Positions 57,831-64,000 of a stretch of 64,000 nucleotides of DNA are shown piece after piece (within the stretch, counting starts at the first letter, position 1; each line of letters starts with the position of its first letter). The notes beneath the pieces were generated by a model, which worked only from the letters and a program-made list of their open reading frames with translations, was not told the origin of the DNA and made no database searches. Position numbers and translations under genes: made by a program. Source of the DNA: Spirochaetia bacterium (GTDB taxonomy: Bacteria > Spirochaetota > Spirochaetia > SZUA-6 > Bin103); contig CBDATQ010000002.1 in assembly GCA_965199955.1 (NCBI GenBank), forward strand, positions 384,001 to 448,000. The letters run 5' to 3'.

Positions 57831-59384
57831 ATGTTGGCGCGTGTGGCCTGCCACGCCCCGATCGGCGTGGACGGCGTTCTGGTGACCGCGGAGGTGGACA
57901 TCCGGCGCGGGATGCCGGTGGTGGACATCGTCGGTCTGCCCGGCGGTGCGGTGCGCGAAGCACGCGATCGCATCCGCGTCGCGATCCGCAACAGCGGCCT
58001 GTCGTTTCCGGACGACCGCATCCTGATCAACCTTTCGCCGGCCGCGGTCCCCAAGTCGGGCTCCGCATTCGACCTGCCGCTGGCGCTGGGCGTGATCGCC
58101 GCCTCGAGTCAGGTCCCCTGGGACGATGAGGTGGGGATCATGGTGCTCGGCGAGCTGACCCTGCGCGGCGACGTCCGCCCCGTGCACGGCGTGCTGGCCG
58201 CGGTCGGCACCGGGCTGGAGCGCGGCATCGAACGCTTCGTGGTGCCGCGCAGCAACCTGGCCGAAGCTCAGGCCCTCGGCCGCGGGTCGATCGTCGGCGT
58301 GGACTCCCTGAAGGAGGCTGTCACGAGATTCCGGGAGGTGCGGCCCGACGCTTGGCCACGCGCGAAGCCGCCACGCAGCGCGGCACCGGCCGCCGCACCG
58401 CGCGATGTGGCGACCGGGGACTTCGCCGACCTGCGTGGCCAGGACCGGCTGAGGCGGGCGCTGGAGATCGCCGCGGCGGGCCGCCATCACGCGCTGCTGT
58501 TCGGCCCGCCGGGCAGTGGCAAGACCATGGCGGCCCTGCGCCTGCCGGGCATCCTGCCGCCGTTGACCGGCCGGCAGGCGCTGGAGGTGACGCGCGTGCA
58601 TTCGGTGGCCGGCACCCTGGGCGAGGGCGCGTCGCTGATCACGCGGCCGCCGTTCCGCACGCCGCACCACAGTGCGTCGCTGGAAGGGCTGATCGGGGGC
58701 GGCCGCATGCAGCGCCCGGGGGAAACGTCGCTGGCCCACGGCGGCGTGCTGTTCCTGGACTAGACGCCGGAGTTCCGCACGGCGCTGCTGCAGGCGCTGC
58801 GCGAGCCGCTGGAGTCGCGCGAGGTGACCGTGGTCCGGGCCGGCTACTCGGTGCGCTACCCGGCCGGCTTCCAGCTCATCTGCGCGGCCAACCCCTGCCC
58901 GTGCGGCAACCTGGGCCGGGACGCCGCGGTCTGCCTGTGCTCGCCGGCTGACGTGCACCGCTACTGGCGCCGGCTCGGAGGGGCTCTGCTCGACCGGATC
59001 GACGTGCGCGTGCCGGTGTCGCCGCCGCGCTCCGCGGACCTGCAGGCGCCGGCGCCGGAGGGCAGCGCGCAGATCGCATCGCGCGTCGCGGAAGCGGTGG
59101 AGCGCCAGCGGCACCGCTATCGCGGCATGGCCTGGGAGCGCAACGCCGAGCTGCCGGCCGGGGCGGTGGAGGTCAACTGCCCGCTCGATACGGCCGGCCG
59201 CGCCGCGCTGCGCGAAGCCGTGGACAAGCTCGGCCTGTCCGCGCGCGCCTATCACGCGATCACCCGCGTGGCGCGCACCATCGCCGACCTGGAGTGCTCG
59301 GACGGCGTCACCGTCGACCACCTGCTGGAGGCGGTCCAGCACCGCCGCTACGGCGACGGCGACCTGTGCTGGATCACGCTATGA
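57831..59384 (+). pseudogene. comM: YifB/ComM Mg-chelatase-like AAA ATPase interrupted by in-frame TAG at 58761-58763
   Basis: IVGLP..AVREARDRIR, INLSPA..PKSGSAFDL, GPPGSGKT, PFRTPHHSAS, GGVLFLD*TPEF, ANPCPCG, LLDRID, LSARAYH..RVARTIADL, all in one frame. Confidence 0.9.
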
Positions 59385-59479
59385 AACCCATGGGTCGCTT
59401 GGGCAAATTGATGGAGCAAGTTTGGCGTACTTTCTCCGTCTTGACCCCGGTCCGGGTTCATCCTACGTTTCTGTAGTTC

Positions 59480-59590
59480 GTGGCCTTCAATTGGAGTGAG
59501 GCGAAAAAAGCCCGGTTGAAGGAACAGTGTGGCATTTCGAATCGAAGATCAGGAGCGGGACGCTGCCTGACTCGTTTACACACCTATTGA
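59480..59590 (+). pseudogene. BrnT-like toxin N-terminal fragment
   Basis: GTG-AFNWSEAKKARLKEQCGIS resembles the F-x-W-x-x-x-K-N-x-x-x-x-x-x-(R/H)-G-I-S-F-E start of BrnT toxins; similarity lost afterwards. Confidence 0.5.
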
Positions 59591-59632
59591 CAGGACCTCT
59601 TGTGTGCATGCTGTTGCCACAGATCGGTAGTC

Positions 59633-60263
59633 AGGTACATCGAGTCCGTCCCCAACCGCTCCTCTCCCCCTGCCATCCTGCTCCGCGAGTCCTGCCGCGA
59701 GCACGGCAAGGTCAAGAAGCGCACGCTCGCGAACCTCTCCACATGGCCCCCTGATCTGGTCGACGGCTTGCGCACCCTGCTCAAGGGCGGCCACGCCTTC
59801 GCCTCGGTCTCGGATCCGTTGCTGCTCACGCGCTCGCTGCCCCACGGCCACGTCGCCGCCGTGCTGGGCCTCCTCAAGCACCTCGGGCTGCACACCCTCA
59901 TCGCCGGCAAGACCAGCCGCTCGCGCGAGTTGGTCATCGCCATGATCACCGCCCGCGTCATCGACGCGCAGTCCAAGCTGGCCACCGCCCGCGCGCTCTC
60001 GTCGCCGAGCGCCGTGTCCACCCTGGGCGAGTCGCTGCGGCTGGGCGAGGTCGATGAGAACGAGCTCCATGAGGCGATGGACTGATTGGTCGGGCGCCAG
60101 GCGGCGATCGAGGACCGCCTGGCCGAACAGCACCTCAGCAGCGCTGTTTCGAGCTGCTTGGGATCAAACCCCGCATGTAGCCATGCAGAGGAACCTGCAC
60201 CATTGAGAAACTACCCTGACCTCAAGGACTTCAGGCAATTTCGCTCCTGGAACTTCGAACTAG
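59633..60263 (+). mobile_element. Degenerate, internally deleted IS1634-family insertion sequence (left end not resolved)
   Basis: YIESVPNRSSPPAILLRES.RE.GKVKKRTLANLS...RSLPHGHVAAV...SKLAT; start codon lost (AGG), TGA at 60083 where Trp is expected, then jump to C-terminal QQRCFELLGIKPRM-stop at 60180. Confidence 0.85.
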
Positions 60264-60293
60264 TCCGCCGGCAATCGCAGTCTGCCGGTCTGC

Positions 60294-61133
60294 TCAGCCG
60301 TAGACGGTGAGCCGGTCGAGCTTCTCCGGATCCACGGCCCACAGCTCGTCGGGCTGGTAGACGCGCGGAGCCGGCGGCGGCCCGTCCGGGAGCTGCCAGT
60401 CCGGGTTGTACTGGCGGATCAGCTCCATGATGTTACGGTAGGCGATGCGGTCCTTGAGGTCGTCGTCGATCGGCGCCTCCTCGATGATCCGCTGCAGCAG
60501 GCGGTAGTCGTAGTAGGGCAGGTCGGCTCCGAAGATGATGCGCTCGCGGCCTACCTTGTCGGCCAGCCTGGCGAAGTCCCAGAGGCTGCCGCGCTCGTCC
60601 GGGTACTGCACGATCTCGAACCAGACGTTGTCCATGCCGGCGAAGGACTCGGCGGCGTGGCTTGAGGCATGGGTGATGAAGGTCGCGGCCGGGAACATGC
60701 GCGCGACCTTTCCGAACAGCGCGTCGTGCATGTGCACGTTGCAGAGCCCGCCGCGGCCCGCGGCCATCTCCACGAAGGGGATGCACGCCTCGCGCACCGG
60801 CGGGTGGGAGACGATGCCGTGCAGGCCCAGCTCGCTCATCGCCCACTCCGCCTCGTCCACGGCGACCGGTCCCAGGCAGGGCTCGACCAGCGCCAGGCCC
60901 AGCGGCACGTGCTCGGGGAAGTCACGGCGCGCGCGGGCGATTACCCGGTTCTGGTCGCGGATGTCCTCCAGCCCGCGCAGGATCAGGCCGCCGGTGGCGG
61001 TCGGCATCGACAGGCAGGCGTAGACGTCGGTCTCGGCGAAGCGGGCCAGGCACATGGCCGTGCTCTGGCCGGTCGGCGGCAGCCGGTTCAGCGTGCGGCC
61101 GATGTGGTTGTGGCAGTCGATGTACGGTCTCAT
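60294..61133 (-). CDS. Amidohydrolase family protein (amidohydro_2)
   Basis: IDCHNHIG, NVHM, ITHA, GRERIIFGADLPY; SD AGAGGA. Confidence 0.88.
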   Translation of the reverse strand: MRPYIDCHNHIGRTLNRLPPTGQSTAMCLARFAETDVYACLSMPTATGGLILRGLEDIRDQNRVIARARRDFPEHVPLGLALVEPCLGPVAVDEAEWAMSELGLHGIVSHPPVREACIPFVEMAAGRGGLCNVHMHDALFGKVARMFPAATFITHASSHAAESFAGMDNVWFEIVQYPDERGSLWDFARLADKVGRERIIFGADLPYYDYRLLQRIIEEAPIDDDLKDRIAYRNIMELIRQYNPDWQLPDGPPPAPRVYQPDELWAVDPEKLDRLTVYG

Positions 61134-61157
61134 GGGGTTCCTCTCTTCGTGATGGGG

Positions 61158-62201
61158 TCAGTCGTCGGTCGCGTGCAGGTCCACGGCGCACCGTTCGGCG
61201 GTGGCGCGGCGGGCGGCGGCGACGATGCGCAGGTTGTGCAGGGCTTGCGCGCCGCCGATCGGCGGCGGGGCGCCGCGCGCCAGGGCGTCGAAGGTGGCGG
61301 CGAAGTAGCGCCCGTGGCCGCTCTCCGCCCAGGCCGGCTGCGGCGGCAGCGCCACCACCTGCCACTGCGCGGTGCTGCGCGCGTATTGCCACAGCCCGCG
61401 TCCGCGGCGCATGACGCGCACGCCGCCGGCCGGGCCGTGCACCTCGGCCAGGTTGGCGGTCTCGCCGCCGGGGACGCACCAGGAGGTGGAAACCGTGGAC
61501 GGCGCGCCGTTCTCGTGCTCCAGCAGCAGCAGCGCCAGGTCGTCCACGTCGAAGGCGAAGCGCGCGGTCGCCACCCGCGCCTCGACGTAGCGCACGGGTG
61601 AGCCGACCAGGGTCTCCAGCAGGTAGATCTCGTGGTAGGCGGTGTCGTTGATGGCGCCGCCGCCCGCTGCGCGCGAGGCGCGCCACTCCCGGTTCGGGTC
61701 GGCGCGGTCGTCGGTCTTGTTGAACAGCGACTTGGCGCGCCCGAAGAAGGGCGTGCCCGCGGCGCCGTCGGTGAGCAGCGCCCGCGCCCGCTCCGACCCT
61801 TGAGCGAACAGGAAGTTGTGCACCACCGCGTAGGGCACGCCGTGGCGCTCCACCGCCGCCAGCACCTCCCGCGCCTGCTCCACGGAGGTGGCCATCGGCT
61901 TCTCGGAGACCACCGCCACACCCGCCGCCGCCGCGTCCATCGCGTGCGCGGCATGCATGTGGTGCGGCGTGGCGATGGTGACCGCGTCCAGCTCGGCGTG
62001 CTCCAGCATCTGCCGGTGGTCGGCGTAGCGCCGCTCCGGCGGCACGGCCAGCATCTCACCCATCTGCTGCAGGTTGTCGCTGACCGGATCGGCCAAGGCG
62101 GTGACCCGCACCAGGTCGGGAATCGACTGATACCCCGGCGCGTGTGCGATTCGCACGATGCCGCCGCAGCCGATCAGACCCAGGCGAACCGGTCTCTGCA
62201 T
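61158..62201 (-). CDS. Gfo/Idh/MocA family oxidoreductase
   Basis: GLIGCGGI, IATPHHMH, SEKPMA, GGGAINDTAYH. Confidence 0.93.
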   Translation of the reverse strand: MQRPVRLGLIGCGGIVRIAHAPGYQSIPDLVRVTALADPVSDNLQQMGEMLAVPPERRYADHRQMLEHAELDAVTIATPHHMHAAHAMDAAAAGVAVVSEKPMATSVEQAREVLAAVERHGVPYAVVHNFLFAQGSERARALLTDGAAGTPFFGRAKSLFNKTDDRADPNREWRASRAAGGGAINDTAYHEIYLLETLVGSPVRYVEARVATARFAFDVDDLALLLLEHENGAPSTVSTSWCVPGGETANLAEVHGPAGGVRVMRRGRGLWQYARSTAQWQVVALPPQPAWAESGHGRYFAATFDALARGAPPPIGGAQALHNLRIVAAARRATAERCAVDLHATDD

Positions 62202-62206
62202 CCCGG

Positions 62207-63433
62207 CTATCCCAGCTCGACCACCCGCCGCTCCAGGCGGGACCGCTCCGCAGCGAACGCGATGCGGTGGGTGTCGAGGGACACCGCCACGTCGGTGACG
62301 ACCGACGAGCGGTCACCGGTGTGGATGGCCCGCAGCCACGAATCCACCACCCGGCGGTCTCCGCCGCCGTGGCCGCCGGATTCCGGCTCGATGGTGATGC
62401 GATCGACCACGTTCTCCCCCAGGCGCCGCACCTCGATGCCGTCCTCGGAGAACTCCGCGACCCCCTCGGTACCGTGCACGCGGGTGCGCCGGCCGCCGAC
62501 GGCGGTGAAGCCGGTCATCGTGAACGTGGCGGTGACGCCGCCGTCGAACTCCAGCGCCACGATCTGGTTGTCGACGACGTCGTTGTCGCACCGCCACACG
62601 CAGCGGCCGTGGGGGCCGTCGGTGATGGCCTGCAACTGGGCCTCACGGCTGTGGTCGAGGGTCAGCCAGCTCACCGGCCCGCCGTCGCGATCGGTATCGG
62701 CGTAGAGCTTGATCGCCGAATAGACGCAGTCGGGCTCAATGTCGCAGTCCACGCAACGCTCGCCGCTGCCGGCGGGGGCGTGCTCGGCGCGAAAGTAGGT
62801 GAGCGACCCGAACGAGCTGACCGCCCGGCACGGCCGTTCCACCAGGTAGGCCAGGTAGTCGACGTCGTGGCAGCTCTTGGCCAGGAGCATGAAGGACGAG
62901 CGCCCCTCGTTTCCCCACTTGCCGCGCACGAAGCTGTGGGCCTGGTGCCACCACTGCACCTGCTCCAGGTGATCCACGGTGACCACGCTGCCGATGCGGC
63001 CGGAGCTCACGACCTCCTTGAGGATCCGGAAGGGGCGCCCGTAGCGCATCGAGTGGCACACCGCCGTGATCGCCTTCGAGTCGGCGGCGGCCGCCGCGAT
63101 GCGCTCGCACTCTTCCAGCGACGGCGCCATGGGCTTCTCCATGAGCAGGTGGTGGCCGGCGGCCAGGGCGGCGAGCGACGGCTCGGTGTGGTCGCGGTCC
63201 ATCGTCGTGACCAGCACCGCGTCCAGCGGCACGGATGCGGCGAACAGGTCGCGCCAGTCGCGGAAGCGGTGGCGCTCCTCGATGCCGTGGGTATGCGCGA
63301 AGTCTTCGCGGTAGTCGTCGCGCGGCTCGGCGACCGCGACGATGTCGGCCCACCGCGGACGGCTGGCGATCAGGTTGCCGAGCGACCGGCCCCTGCCGCC
63401 GGCGCCGATGACGGCTACGCGTTGAGAACTCAT
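62207..63433 (-). CDS. Gfo/Idh/MocA family oxidoreductase
   Basis: VIGAGGRG, MEKPMA, HSFVRGKW, LLAKSCHD, GGHGGGD. Confidence 0.93.
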   Translation of the reverse strand: MSSQRVAVIGAGGRGRSLGNLIASRPRWADIVAVAEPRDDYREDFAHTHGIEERHRFRDWRDLFAASVPLDAVLVTTMDRDHTEPSLAALAAGHHLLMEKPMAPSLEECERIAAAAADSKAITAVCHSMRYGRPFRILKEVVSSGRIGSVVTVDHLEQVQWWHQAHSFVRGKWGNEGRSSFMLLAKSCHDVDYLAYLVERPCRAVSSFGSLTYFRAEHAPAGSGERCVDCDIEPDCVYSAIKLYADTDRDGGPVSWLTLDHSREAQLQAITDGPHGRCVWRCDNDVVDNQIVALEFDGGVTATFTMTGFTAVGGRRTRVHGTEGVAEFSEDGIEVRRLGENVVDRITIEPESGGHGGGDRRVVDSWLRAIHTGDRSSVVTDVAVSLDTHRIAFAAERSRLERRVVELG

Positions 63434-63481
63434 CGCCTCAGAGTAGTGGCGGTCAGCTTGGGCGGCAAGGCGGTGGCGGCG

Positions 63482-64000
63482 CTACCCCTTGCCGGTGATG
63501 GCGTAGGGATCGGCGGCGTCGCGCACCCCGTCGCCGACAAAGTTGTAGAGCAGCACCGTCACGATCACGAACAGCGCCGGCGTCAGCAGCCACGGATAGA
63601 TGGCGATGCTGGTCACGTTCTGCGCTCCCTGCAGCAGCGTCCCCCAGCTCACCGCGGGCGGCTGGATCCCCAGCCCCAGGAAGCTCAGCGCCGTCTCGCC
63701 CAGGATCATGCGGGGTACCGCCAGGGTGAGGCTGACGATCAGGTAGCTCAGGAAGCCGGGCAGGAGGTGGCCGGCGATGATCTTCCCGGCGCGCGTGCCT
63801 GCCAGCCGGGCGGCGGTCACGTACTCGTACTCGCGCAGCTCCAGCAGCTTGCCGCGCACCACGCGCGCCACGCCGGTCCAGCCCAGTACCGACAGAATGA
63901 TGGTGATGGTGAAGTAGGTGCGCAGGATCGGCCAGTTCACGGGGATGACCGCGCTCAGCGCCATCCAGAGCGGTATGCCGGGAATGGAGTTGAAAACCTC
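63482..64000 (-). CDS. Peptide/nickel-type ABC transporter permease (DppC/OppC-like), 5'-truncated by window edge
   Basis: GWTGVARVVRG, EYVTAARLAG, HLLP, ETALSFLGLG, SWG, GDGVRDAADP. Confidence 0.93.
   Translation of the reverse strand, partial: EVFNSIPGIPLWMALSAVIPVNWPILRTYFTITIILSVLGWTGVARVVRGKLLELREYEYVTAARLAGTRAGKIIAGHLLPGFLSYLIVSLTLAVPRMILGETALSFLGLGIQPPAVSWGTLLQGAQNVTSIAIYPWLLTPALFVIVTVLLYNFVGDGVRDAADPYAITGKG

Noticed and set aside
1..64000. Genome-wide reassignment of TAG to an amino acid
   Set aside because: TAG ends many genes at their expected C-termini (LCP 9177, rplY 10627, aroB 20155, hrpA, pcnB 23863, second LolC/E 37005, oxidoreductase 62207, permease 63482), often just before the next gene's start

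Overview
High-GC (roughly 70% by eye) bacterial chromosome segment, very densely coded. It is most consistent with a Spirochaetota genome, inferred from gene orders such as bactofilin-rho, rplU-rpmA-nadD-LCP-rsfS, rplY-pth-tilS-ftsH, prfB-PEGA-ftsY-hypothetical-lolCDE-like and recJ-rpsU. Positions 1-59384 are core housekeeping genes: translation (rplU, rpmA, rplY, rpsU, pth, prfB with its programmed +1 frameshift, lepA, efp/epmA, rsfS, tilS, tsaC, six tRNAs without encoded CCA), RNA metabolism (rho, pcnB, hrpA, rnz, rnhA, thpR, RluA family), proteolysis (ftsH, clpC, lon), envelope (lnt, lolCDE-like, LCP, LysM-M23, VanY, FtsB-like) and repair (recO, recJ). Right after a yifB/comM gene broken by an in-frame TAG there is a lower-GC decayed patch (BrnT-like toxin fragment, internally deleted IS1634-family element). 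This is followed by the end of a catabolic operon (peptide-type ABC permease, two Gfo/Idh/MocA oxidoreductases, amidohydrolase). I see no CRISPR array, prophage, rRNA or obvious new multi-gene system. The best leads are subtle and mostly translational: two in-frame amber codons in otherwise intact genes, an ATA-initiated rpsU, a two-state anti-Shine-Dalgarno leader in front of comM, an 18-bp repeat that stacks five start codons, recurrent leaderless promoter architecture, a duplicated hairpin between lon and recO, and a domain-swapped RsmC-like methyltransferase behind epmA-efp. All family calls come from motif recognition by eye, not database searches. Many start codons are estimates.
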